From positions 1 to 46,247 of the forward strand of contig JAXSMZ010000009.1 in NCBI GenBank assembly GCA_037924335.1: DNA of 46,247 nucleotides, written 5' to 3'. Both the position numbers and the translations under genes were made by a program. Under the pieces are notes generated by a model, which searched no databases, was not told the DNA's origin, and saw nothing but the letters and a program-made list of their open reading frames with translations. Shown here piece after piece: positions 37,735-46,247 of this stretch (positions are counted from its first letter, which is position 1; each line of letters starts with the position of its first letter). The stretch comes from Aquificaceae bacterium. Lineage in GTDB: Bacteria; Aquificota; Aquificia; Aquificales; Aquificaceae.

Positions 37735-40014
37735 ATGGACAGAAGAGACTTTTTAAAATCATCCTTGGTAGGTGCTGGTATTTTGCCCCTTCTCACATGG
37801 GAGGAGGCAAAGGCTTTTAGCTTAGATGCAGAACTTATGCCAGAGGATATAGAATTACCACCGGAAGATGCTCAAGTCTTTAACCTTACCTGCCAGTACT
37901 GTATGGTGCAGTGCGGATACAAGGCTTATGTGTGGGAGCCAGGCAGGGGTAGAAGAATAAAAGGATCCTACACTACAGCCTTATCTGGAGAATGGATACA
38001 CCCTCACTTTATAAACAGAGTTATAAAGGATGGAAAAGAGGTTTTTGTGGCCATAGTGCCAGATAAAAATTGTGTTATAAACCAAGGAGACCATTCTGTA
38101 AGAGGTGGTGGGAACGCTACAACCCTTTACAACCCTAGGTCTCAGAAGGTGGCAGCCAAACGCCTAGCCTACCCCATGGTGCGTCTAAAAGGCAAAGATT
38201 ACCCCCTTACAAGGGTTAGCTGGGATGATGCAGCGGAGTTTATCGCAGAAAAGTTTACAAGAATAAAGCAAGAACATGGTCCAGATGCCTTGGGCATGGT
38301 CTTTGGAGACTGGCTTTGGACATTACCCACTTATGCCATTCTAAAATTCTGGTTTAAAGGCTTAGGCTCTTCCTCTTACGCGGGTAATGGTTGGTTCTTT
38401 GATGAGGAAAGCGCAGGCATTTCCTCTGCATTTGGAAGCGGTACTCGGAGCTTTACTGTTGAAGACTTTGAAATAACCAAGCTCTTGGTTACGGCTGGCA
38501 CCAATTTGCAGGCAAACGGAAGCATCTGGTGGCATAGATTTTATCTCAAAAACCTCTCCGCAGGAAAAGCAAAGCACATAGACATAGACCCACGCCGTAC
38601 TCTTCAGGCCCAGATGGCAGAGAAGCATGGTGGTCTGCACCTTCAAATAAAGCCTGGAACAGACCCAATCTTGGCTGGCGCCTTGATAAGGTTGGTTTTA
38701 GAGAAGGATGCCTACGATAAAGACTTCGTCCGTAAGTATGTGGTGGGCTTTGAAAAGGTAGTAGAAACCGTTAAAGATCCCAGGTTTTCCCTGGACAATG
38801 CGTCAAAAGCTACAGGTATACCAAAGAGGAAGATACTTAAGGCTGTGGAGCTTATGATAGATAACAAAGGTCAATCTATGTTCCTACATGAGAAGGGCTT
38901 AATACATCAGATGGCTGCCTTTGAGGCACAGCATGCCTACGCTGTGCTCGGAATAATACTGGGTAATGTGGGTAAGCCAGGCGCCTGTGTTTCCAGGTCT
39001 GGTGGGCATCCTAAGGGTACCTTTGCCTGGCCAGAGGAGCCACCTTCAAGGAAACAAAACCTTAACATCTATGAGGGACTAGAGAAGGGTAAAGTCAAAG
39101 CCCTTTGGGCTTATGGCTGCAGTATTTTCAAGCAACTTCCATCTTTAACAAAGTATAGACCCTTAATGGAAAAAACCTTCCTTGTTGTTTCCGACAGGAT
39201 TCATACAGAAATGGATTCCGCAGCGGACGTTCTTTTACCAGCAGCCACATGGGGTGAAACGGACTTAATATTGGCAAGTGAGGATCGCCGGGTTCGGATT
39301 CTCCAAAAGTTCATGGACCCTCCTGGCGAAGCACTACCCGACTGGAAACATGTGGTCTTGGTTGCAAAGAAGATGGGCATTGAAGGCTTTGATTGGGAAA
39401 GCCCAAGGGATGTTTGGGATGAGATACGCACGCAAAACGACTGGGTAAAAGAGATGGATTGGGATAGCCTTCTCAAGGCTGGCACAAACGGACTGAGATA
39501 CCCTATGGTAAATGGTAAATCACCCGATAGGCTTTATTCTGATGAGATGGAAAGGCTAATGGGTAAAAGGTTCTTCACAAAGGATAACAAGATACACGTG
39601 GAAAAGATAACGGTACTTAAGGATTTTGACCTTAAAAAGTACGAATGGGGTGAAGTAAACTCCCGCTATCCCCTTATGGCAATAGATTTTAGACTAAACG
39701 AACTTTGGAATACAGGATACACTTATTGGGACACACCCGGCGTATACGAAAGAACTCCTGACGCCTATTTACTGATAAATCCTGTGGATGCCAAAGCTCG
39801 TGGCATAAGTACAGGTCAATGGGTTGTATTGGAATCACCCTACGGTAAGTGCAAGGCTGTGGCAAGGGTAAGCGATGAGGTACCACCTGGTGTGGTTGGC
39901 ATGCCCGCCCTTTTCCCAAAACCGGAACAAGAGTTTAACTATGCCACAAGGCCTACCCCAACCACTGATGGTAGCGTTGATACTATGGTTGCCTGTGAAG
40001 TTTATCCTGTTTGA
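37735..40014 (+). CDS. Molybdopterin (DMSO reductase family) oxidoreductase large subunit, divergent AioA-like, substrate unknown
   Basis: LPP.DA...TCQYCMVQCGY ([3Fe-4S]-type CX2CX3C-X60-S-VRGG), RLAYPMVR, IDPRRT, ADVLLPAATWGE, SEDRRVR and C-terminal INPVDA domain. Carries its own Tat signal MDRRDFLK. Confidence 0.88.
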   Translation: MDRRDFLKSSLVGAGILPLLTWEEAKAFSLDAELMPEDIELPPEDAQVFNLTCQYCMVQCGYKAYVWEPGRGRRIKGSYTTALSGEWIHPHFINRVIKDGKEVFVAIVPDKNCVINQGDHSVRGGGNATTLYNPRSQKVAAKRLAYPMVRLKGKDYPLTRVSWDDAAEFIAEKFTRIKQEHGPDALGMVFGDWLWTLPTYAILKFWFKGLGSSSYAGNGWFFDEESAGISSAFGSGTRSFTVEDFEITKLLVTAGTNLQANGSIWWHRFYLKNLSAGKAKHIDIDPRRTLQAQMAEKHGGLHLQIKPGTDPILAGALIRLVLEKDAYDKDFVRKYVVGFEKVVETVKDPRFSLDNASKATGIPKRKILKAVELMIDNKGQSMFLHEKGLIHQMAAFEAQHAYAVLGIILGNVGKPGACVSRSGGHPKGTFAWPEEPPSRKQNLNIYEGLEKGKVKALWAYGCSIFKQLPSLTKYRPLMEKTFLVVSDRIHTEMDSAADVLLPAATWGETDLILASEDRRVRILQKFMDPPGEALPDWKHVVLVAKKMGIEGFDWESPRDVWDEIRTQNDWVKEMDWDSLLKAGTNGLRYPMVNGKSPDRLYSDEMERLMGKRFFTKDNKIHVEKITVLKDFDLKKYEWGEVNSRYPLMAIDFRLNELWNTGYTYWDTPGVYERTPDAYLLINPVDAKARGISTGQWVVLESPYGKCKAVARVSDEVPPGVVGMPALFPKPEQEFNYATRPTPTTDGSVDTMVACEVYPV

Positions 40015-41605
40015 TTACCGGGCTTTGCCCGGTTTTTTGCAAACAGGCGTATACAAAAGACACAAAGAGTGGATGTGGTCTGTGTGGTTTGCTTTTAAAC
40101 TCTGGATGGAACTGACAGCCTATGTACCAAGGGTGGTCTTTTAATTCTATGACCTCCACAAGCCTACCGTCTGGTGAAAGCCCAGAAAAGACTATACCAT
40201 GCCTTTCAAAAGCTTCTCTGTATTGGTTGTTAAACTCATACCTATGTCTATGCCTTTCGTATATTAGATCTTTTCCGTATATTTCCCTTGCCTTTGAACC
40301 CTCCATCAGTTTACAAGGATAAGAACCAAGCCTCATGGTACCGCCCAGCTCTTTTATGTTTTTCTGCTCTTCCATTATGTCTATAATAGGGTGGGGTGTT
40401 AAGGGGTTAAACTCTGTAGAGTTGGCGTCTTTTAGATCAAGCACATTCCTTGCAAACTCCACACACATAAGTTGCATACCAAGGCATATACCAAAGGTTG
40501 GTTTTTTCTTCTCCCTTCCGTACTTTAAAGCCATTATCTTTCCCTGCGTTCCCCTCTCCCCAAAACCACCAGGAACCAGTATTCCGTCAAGCTTATCCAA
40601 CGTATCCTCATCAACCTCTTCAGAGTTTATCCAGTGAATGTTAAGCTCTACACCGTTGGCAATACCGCCATGAATAAGGGCTTCCTGCACGCTTTTATAA
40701 GAGTCTTTCAATGACATGTACTTTCCCACAACTCCTATATTTACCTTTTCTTTTGAACTCTTGATTATGTTTATAATGTTCTCCCACTTTGTGGGAACAT
40801 CCCTATACTCGAGCTTCAGTTTCTGTGCTATAAGCTTATCAACACCCTGTTTTTTTAAGATTATGGGTACTTCGTACACATAATCCACATCCTGTGCAGA
40901 TATGACAGCTTCTTTGTTCACGTTTGTAAAGAGGGCTATTTTTTCTTTTATACTTGGTGGCAGCTCAAACTCGGACCTGCAGACTATTATGTCTGGCTGT
41001 ATTCCTATGGCTCTTAGCTCCTTCACAGAATGTTGGGTTGGTTTTGTCTTTAGTTCACCCGCGCTTTTTATGTAAGGTACATATGTGACATGTATGAAGA
41101 GCATATCCTCTCCGTTTGATTGAGTGTACATCTGCCTTATAGCTTCCAAAAAGGGTAAGCTTTCCATGTCCCCAACGGTACCACCTACCTCAACAAAAGC
41201 TATACAGTTATCCTTCTGAACCGCCCTTATGAGCCTTTTTATCTCATCGGTTATGTGAGGTATAACCTGTACAGTTGCACCAAGATAACCACCCTTCCTC
41301 TCCCTCTCTATCACATTAAAGTAGACTTTACCAGCCGTTACGTTGTTTATTTTCCCCATGCTGGCATTTGTGAATCTTTCATAATGTCCAAGGTCCAAGT
41401 CAGTTTCAGCTCCATCCTCTGTAACATAGACTTCCCCATGTTGGTATGGGCTCATGGTACCCGGGTCCACGTTCAGGTAAGGGTCCAGCTTTTGAAAAGT
41501 TACTTCGTATCCCATCTCCTCCATAAGGGAAGCTATGGATGCTGCAGTTATACCCTTTCCAAGGGCTGAAAGAACACCCCCAGTTATAAAAATAAACTTC
41601 GCCAT
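39983..41605 (-). CDS. pyrG: CTP synthase
   Basis: KFIFITGGVLSALGKG, DPGTMSP, GICLGMQ, ERHRHRYE and QFHPEF motifs. Confidence 0.97.
   Translation of the reverse strand: MAKFIFITGGVLSALGKGITAASIASLMEEMGYEVTFQKLDPYLNVDPGTMSPYQHGEVYVTEDGAETDLDLGHYERFTNASMGKINNVTAGKVYFNVIERERKGGYLGATVQVIPHITDEIKRLIRAVQKDNCIAFVEVGGTVGDMESLPFLEAIRQMYTQSNGEDMLFIHVTYVPYIKSAGELKTKPTQHSVKELRAIGIQPDIIVCRSEFELPPSIKEKIALFTNVNKEAVISAQDVDYVYEVPIILKKQGVDKLIAQKLKLEYRDVPTKWENIINIIKSSKEKVNIGVVGKYMSLKDSYKSVQEALIHGGIANGVELNIHWINSEEVDEDTLDKLDGILVPGGFGERGTQGKIMALKYGREKKKPTFGICLGMQLMCVEFARNVLDLKDANSTEFNPLTPHPIIDIMEEQKNIKELGGTMRLGSYPCKLMEGSKAREIYGKDLIYERHRHRYEFNNQYREAFERHGIVFSGLSPDGRLVEVIELKDHPWYIGCQFHPEFKSKPHRPHPLFVSFVYACLQKTGQSPVIKQDKLHRQP
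40018..40038 (+). terminator. Rho-independent terminator of the aioBA-like operon
   Basis: CCGGGC-TTT-GCCCGG followed by TTTTTT, starting 3 nt after the stop codon. Confidence 0.75.
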
Positions 41606-41632
41606 TTAAAAAAAATTTTAAAATATTTTCGT

Positions 41633-42613
41633 ATGGAGTTTTCTATCCTTGGTGGTGGAAGGTGGGGAGTTGCTCTCTCTACCTACCTTGGTAGACTTGG
41701 TCACAAACTGCTCATTTACGATAGGAACAGAGATGTTCTTGAGAAGTTAAACATGGGCTTACATCCATACATGGAAAGCTTAAGCCTCCTGAACGTAAAA
41801 GGTACAGACTCTCTCAGAGATTTAGAAAAACATTCTGAGTACATTCTGATAGCCTTACCAGTTCAGGTAATAAGAGATGTAGTTTCACTCGTTGACCTTT
41901 CCAAGAGTAAGGTTATATCAGCATCAAAGGGGTTAGAAGTCAAAACTTACAAGAGGGTTTCGCAGGTGGTAAAGGATATCCATCCAACTGCCAAGGTATT
42001 TTCTATGTCTGGGCCTTCTTTTGCATCTGAGGTTTCAAGAGGGCTTCCAACGGCTCTTGTCCTTGCTGGAGATGATTTGGATGAGATGAGGAAAATAAAA
42101 AGTTGGTTCATGTCAGAAAGGTTCAGGGTTTACCTTTCCAATGACCTTGTAGGTGTAGAGCTTGGTGGTGCCCTGAAGAATGTCATAGCCATAGCATGCG
42201 GTATATCGGATGGGCTTGGCTTTGGCGAAAATGCGAGAGCATCTCTGATGACAAGAGGGCTTACAGAGATGGTAAGAATAGGTATAAAGATGGGGGCAAA
42301 GAGGGAGACCTTCTATGGACTTTCCGGGATGGGGGACCTTTTCCTAACTGCAAGCTCTCCTCAATCAAGAAACAGAAGCTTTGGTTATCTGCTCGGGCAG
42401 GGTGAAAGTGTTGAGGATGCTCTCAAAAAGGTAGGACAGGTAGTTGAAGGCTTTGAAACAACTAAAGCTGTGAAAAAGCTCTCGGATGAGCTTGGAGTTT
42501 ACACACCTATATGCGATGCAGTCCACAGGGTTGTGGTGGAAGGGGAGAGCCTCTTTGATACTGTTAACTCTTTGCTCCTGAGACCACCCCAAATGGAGTT
42601 TGAAAGTTTATGA
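41633..42613 (+). CDS. gpsA: NAD(P)H-dependent glycerol-3-phosphate dehydrogenase
   Basis: GGGRWG, SKGLE, SGPSFA, GGALKNVIAIACG, GMGDL and SRN motifs. Confidence 0.95.
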   Translation: MEFSILGGGRWGVALSTYLGRLGHKLLIYDRNRDVLEKLNMGLHPYMESLSLLNVKGTDSLRDLEKHSEYILIALPVQVIRDVVSLVDLSKSKVISASKGLEVKTYKRVSQVVKDIHPTAKVFSMSGPSFASEVSRGLPTALVLAGDDLDEMRKIKSWFMSERFRVYLSNDLVGVELGGALKNVIAIACGISDGLGFGENARASLMTRGLTEMVRIGIKMGAKRETFYGLSGMGDLFLTASSPQSRNRSFGYLLGQGESVEDALKKVGQVVEGFETTKAVKKLSDELGVYTPICDAVHRVVVEGESLFDTVNSLLLRPPQMEFESL

Positions 42614-43794
42614 ACATAAGACTTTTACTTAAGCTCTCCTTTAGGTACATAGTCGCCAGCAGGGGTTCAACGTTGCTCGTGTCTTTTATAGCTTTCCTTG
42701 GTGTCCTTCTCAGCGTTATGGCTGTTCTTCTTACAATGGGTGTTTTTGCAGGTTTTCAACATGCTCTAAAAGAAAAGATACTTTCAACATCACCCCACAT
42801 AATTGTTAGCCTCCCTATAGCGGATGGCTTTGAAGATTACGAAAAAAGGATAGGGAGCTTAAAGGATGTGCAAAGGGAGTACCCAGTTGTTATCTACCAA
42901 GCTATACTCTCCAAATCTTCCTCTGTACAGAGCGTGAGCGTAAAAGGTATAAGGCATAAAGACATGGTTTACAAGAAAGCTTTCTTAGTTGAAGGCTCTC
43001 TTGGGAATGGATTGCTCGTTGGCAAGGGTCTTGCAGACATCATGAACATAAAGCCAGGTGATGCTGTTCTTTTGATATCTCCCATGGGAAGGAGGACACC
43101 CTTTGGCTTTCTGCCAAAGGTAAAGGAGTTTACTGTAAGCGGTATATTTCAGACGGGAACCTTTGACCAGGACTATCTTACAGTTTTAATGTCCATGTCT
43201 GAAGCTTTGGATTTTTTCGGTGGTCAGTGGCAGCTCTACGGGTTTGAGGTCTTTTTAAAAGACCCTTACAGAGCTCAGGATGTTAAGAGAGAGTTGGAAG
43301 AAAAGCTTGGGGATTACGCAATAGTTCGCTCATGGATAGACCTCAACAAACCTCTTTTTAATGCACTCCAGCTTGAAAAGGTTGGTATCTTCTTTGTCCT
43401 TCTTCTCATGGTCATAGTTTCATCCTTTAACATAACGAGCATGCTCTTTATGAAGGTTAGGGAGAAGATGAAGGATATAGCTGTGCTTCGTACCTTTGGG
43501 CTGAAAAGAAGGGAAGTCTTTTTCCTGTTTGTCCTTCAGGGAATTATCCTCGGGGGTGTTGGAATGCTGAGCGGATTCTTGCTTTCTATGTTGGGAGGGT
43601 ATATGATAAACGAGTACAGGCTTGTAAGGGTTCCGGCGGACGTTTACCTTATGGACCACATTCCAGTTTTCTTTGAGGTTTCAGACCTTGTTATAACTCT
43701 GGCTGGAGCTCTTTTTCTTTCCATGCTTTCAAGCCTTTTACCAGCCCATAGAGCAAGTAAAACAAGCGTTGTGGAGATACTAAGGAATGAGTGA
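42610..43794 (+). CDS. lolE: Lipoprotein-releasing ABC transporter permease, LolC/E family
   Basis: MacB/FtsX architecture with GF...LK.KIL, W...N..LF.A...EK, DIAVLRTFG and LPA.RA...EILR motifs. Confidence 0.85.
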   Translation: MNIRLLLKLSFRYIVASRGSTLLVSFIAFLGVLLSVMAVLLTMGVFAGFQHALKEKILSTSPHIIVSLPIADGFEDYEKRIGSLKDVQREYPVVIYQAILSKSSSVQSVSVKGIRHKDMVYKKAFLVEGSLGNGLLVGKGLADIMNIKPGDAVLLISPMGRRTPFGFLPKVKEFTVSGIFQTGTFDQDYLTVLMSMSEALDFFGGQWQLYGFEVFLKDPYRAQDVKRELEEKLGDYAIVRSWIDLNKPLFNALQLEKVGIFFVLLLMVIVSSFNITSMLFMKVREKMKDIAVLRTFGLKRREVFFLFVLQGIILGGVGMLSGFLLSMLGGYMINEYRLVRVPADVYLMDHIPVFFEVSDLVITLAGALFLSMLSSLLPAHRASKTSVVEILRNE

Positions 43795-44446
43795 AGCCAT
43801 AAAAACTCAAGACCTCTGGAAGGTTTATCCCAATGGAACAAAGGCGCTCAGAGGTGTTAACATAAGCGTTAAAGAGGGAGAGTTCTGCGGGCTTATGGGT
43901 CCATCCGGATCTGGTAAAAGCACACTTCTGCACATAATGGCTGGCTTGGACCATCCTACGGATGGTAAGGTTTGGGTTCTTGGGGAGGAAATTGATAAAA
44001 TGAGCGAGGACCAACTTGCAGAATTCAGAATGAGGAACATAGCTTTTGTTTTTCAGTTCTATTACCTTCTTGAGGATTTCAACGTCTTAGAAAACCTTTT
44101 GATAGTTGGACAGATGGCCAACGTAAAAGATTCACAGAAGAAGGCGATGGAGCTTTTGGAATTTTTGAGGTTATCTGACAGGGTAAAACACAAGCCCAGT
44201 CAGCTCTCCGGTGGAGAACAGCAAAGGGTTGCTTTGGGTAGGGCTCTAATGTTGGAGCCTAAGGTAATACTTGCAGATGAGCCTACTGGAAACTTAGACC
44301 TTGAGGAGGCAATAAAGATCTTTGAGCTCTTCAGGACATTAAACAGAGACAAGAAGATAACTCTTCTTGTGGCAACCCATAACGTAGAGCTCAGTAAGTT
44401 TTTTGGCAGAGTATTAAAGCTTCGTGATGGATTGATAGAATCTTAG
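43787..44446 (+). CDS. lolD: ABC transporter ATPase, LolD-like
   Basis: GPSGSGKS, LSGGEQQRV and ILADEPTGNLD motifs, coupled to lolE. Confidence 0.87.
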   Translation: MSEAIKTQDLWKVYPNGTKALRGVNISVKEGEFCGLMGPSGSGKSTLLHIMAGLDHPTDGKVWVLGEEIDKMSEDQLAEFRMRNIAFVFQFYYLLEDFNVLENLLIVGQMANVKDSQKKAMELLEFLRLSDRVKHKPSQLSGGEQQRVALGRALMLEPKVILADEPTGNLDLEEAIKIFELFRTLNRDKKITLLVATHNVELSKFFGRVLKLRDGLIES

Positions 44447-44874
44447 AAACTCCTGGGTAATCCTGCATAAGAAGCCAAAAGCTTACCATCTTTATCGAAG
44501 ACGTAAGTGGATGGCAGGAAGGTTATTGGAAAGTAGTTGTTAAACTCTACAGAAGTATCCACGAGCGTTTCAAACCTTGGTTTTATAGAAAGGTCTCTGT
44601 AGCTTACTATCACATCCTTTACATCCATGGCTACGGCGTAAGATATTATGCTGTAGCTTGGATGCTCTTCAACCAATCTGTTTAAACTTTTTAGGTCTTT
44701 GGTATGCCCTGCACAAGTTCTGCTCCATACGTAGATGATGGTCTTTTTACCCTTGTACTGGATGAGCTTTACCTTCTCCCCCTTTATATCCCTAACTGTT
44801 ATGTCTGGAAGAGTAGGGATGTTTTGACAGGAGAATGTTAAAAAAAGAAGGGCAATGAGTATGGCTCTTTTCAT
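44443..44874 (-). CDS. TlpA/redoxin-like thioredoxin-fold lipoprotein with SxxC site
   Basis: LTFSC lipobox, YVWSRTC and LPSTYVFDKDG. Confidence 0.7.
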   Translation of the reverse strand: MKRAILIALLFLTFSCQNIPTLPDITVRDIKGEKVKLIQYKGKKTIIYVWSRTCAGHTKDLKSLNRLVEEHPSYSIISYAVAMDVKDVIVSYRDLSIKPRFETLVDTSVEFNNYFPITFLPSTYVFDKDGKLLASYAGLPRSF

Positions 44875-46100
44875 GTTCTCACGAGTATTTTTTCCTTGAA
44901 GTCCGCAATGGTTGGTTTTATCTTTATTGTTTCATGTAGGTGTCCTTCAAGAACTTCCATGGTCTTATAGCCGTTTCCCGTTATGTAAGCAACTACGACC
45001 TCATCTTTTCTTAGTAAACCCTTTTCGCATAGCTTTTTTAGAACCGCTACGGTTGTTCCACCAGCAGTTTCTGTAAATATCCCCTCTGTTTCTGCAAGCA
45101 GCTTTATACCCTCTATTATCTCCTCATCCTTTGCCACTTCCCATCCACCACCGCTCTCTTTTGTAACCTGAAGGGCGTATATGCCGTCTGCGGGATTACC
45201 TATTGCTATAGATTTGGCTATAGTGTTTGGCTTCACTGGTTTCACAAAATCCCTCCCTTCCATCCATGCCTGAGCTATAGGGGAGCATCCTTCCGCCTGA
45301 GCACCGTAAACCCTAGTCTTCACATCATCCAAGAGCCCAACAGCAACTAGCTCCTTAAACCCCTTCCATATCTTTGTTACCAAAGACCCAGATGCTGCTG
45401 GAACAACAACCACATTGGGAGACCTCCATCCTAACTGCTCTGCAACCTCAAAGGCAAGAGTTTTAGAACCTTCTGCATAGAATGGTCTTATGTTTATGTT
45501 CACAAAAGCCCAAGGGAGCTCGTTGGATATTTCAGAGCAAAGTCTGTTCACATCATCGTAAGTCCCTTCTACTGCAACAACCGTCGGTTTAAAAACCAAA
45601 CTACCAAAGATCTTTTGAGATTCTAAGTTTGCTGGTATAAAGACAAAGCAGTTCAAGCCAGACTGAGCTGCATGGGCTGCAACAGAGTTTGCCAAGTTTC
45701 CTGTAGATGCACAGGCAACTGTATCGAAGCCAAACTCCTTTGCCTTTGACAGAGCGACTGAGACAACTCTATCCTTGAAGGAGAGGGTAGGATGATTGAC
45801 TGAATCATCCTTTATGTAAAGGTTCTCAAGACCCAAAAGTTTTCCAAGGTTTTCTGCCCTTTTGAGTGGTGTAAGGCCAGCACTCAGCCCAACAGTTGCC
45901 CCTTCTACTGGGAGCAAGTCTATATAACGCCAAAGGCTTTTTGGCCCATCTTCCACCTTCTTTCTGCTTATCCCCTTCCTTATATCCTCATAGTCGTAGA
46001 TAACCTCAAGAGGGCCAAAGCAAAACTCGCACACATGCACAGGCTCTATAGGATATTCCTTTCCGCACTCTCTACATTTGAGACCCTTTACCTTTGCCAT
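44871..46100 (-). CDS. thrC: Threonine synthase (PLP, fold type II, N-terminal Zn ribbon)
   Basis: CRECG/CEFCFG, PTLSFKDR, CASTGN, EGSKT and ITGNGYK motifs. Confidence 0.85.
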   Translation of the reverse strand: MAKVKGLKCRECGKEYPIEPVHVCEFCFGPLEVIYDYEDIRKGISRKKVEDGPKSLWRYIDLLPVEGATVGLSAGLTPLKRAENLGKLLGLENLYIKDDSVNHPTLSFKDRVVSVALSKAKEFGFDTVACASTGNLANSVAAHAAQSGLNCFVFIPANLESQKIFGSLVFKPTVVAVEGTYDDVNRLCSEISNELPWAFVNINIRPFYAEGSKTLAFEVAEQLGWRSPNVVVVPAASGSLVTKIWKGFKELVAVGLLDDVKTRVYGAQAEGCSPIAQAWMEGRDFVKPVKPNTIAKSIAIGNPADGIYALQVTKESGGGWEVAKDEEIIEGIKLLAETEGIFTETAGGTTVAVLKKLCEKGLLRKDEVVVAYITGNGYKTMEVLEGHLHETIKIKPTIADFKEKILVRT

Positions 46101-46157
46101 CTTTCACCTCCAAGGTAAAATAATATAAAATAATTCCTTTACAATTAAAATATCCAC

Positions 46158-46247
46158 ATGTATGTCCATATGCTTCCTTCAGAAGTAATAGAGAAAATAT
46201 CGGCGGGGGAGGTCATAGAAAGTCCTGCAGACTGCGTAAAGGAGCTC
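46158..46247 (+). CDS. mutL: DNA mismatch repair protein MutL, N-terminus (runs off the window)
   Basis: Not in the ORF track. ATG 46158 reads MYVHMLPSEVIEKISAGEVIESPADCVKEL, matching the MutL I-x-AGEVIE-x-P...VKEL motif. Confidence 0.88.
   Translation, partial: MYVHMLPSEVIEKISAGEVIESPADCVKEL

Noticed and set aside
37735..40014. Calling the gene aioA or idrA outright
   Set aside because: The HNRPAYNSE motif is absent and there is an extra Tat signal, unlike AioA. The gene order and lack of peroxidase genes are unlike idrABP1P2. Left without a symbol.
256..44040. Numerous short antisense or alternate-frame ORFs in the ORF track
   Set aside because: They lie within well-supported genes and have no recognisable motifs or RBS, consistent with shadow ORFs.
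1..46247. CRISPR arrays, tRNA/rRNA genes, prophage genes
   Set aside because: No spaced direct repeats, cloverleaf/T-loop signatures or phage hallmark proteins seen. Intergenic gaps are short.

Overview
Gene-dense window, most likely from an Aquificaceae thermophile (Hydrogenobacter/Thermocrinis/Aquifex-like). This is inferred from scattered housekeeping genes, AGG/AGA-dominated Arg codons and gene content. Contents in order: (1) the 3' end of an IS200/IS605-type tnpB element, with its right-end hairpins, inserted into a ZIP metal-transporter gene; (2) housekeeping genes pyrE, leuD, aroA, mtaD, dapB, archease, clpP and tig; (3) a sulfur-oxidising heterodisulfide-reductase-like cluster (tusA-dsrE2-dsrE-shdrC1B1AHC2B2-lbpA-trx-dsrE-lbpA-lipS1-rdgB-lipS2-FUN14); (4) dnaE, ubiD, truB, a sigma70 factor, htrA, bioC, bioH, a probably foreign sulfotransferase, proB, gatA, pycB/oadA, an orphan OmpR regulator and a metallophosphoesterase; (5) the most unusual element, a two-gene Rieske + molybdopterin oxidoreductase operon; (6) pyrG, gpsA, lolE/lolD, a TlpA-like lipoprotein, thrC and the start of mutL. 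The element in (5) resembles arsenite oxidase AioBA but has a rewritten substrate-binding motif, a Tat signal on both subunits, a sigma54 promoter, foreign codon usage and its own terminator inside the pyrG tail. All calls come from reading motifs; no database searches were run.
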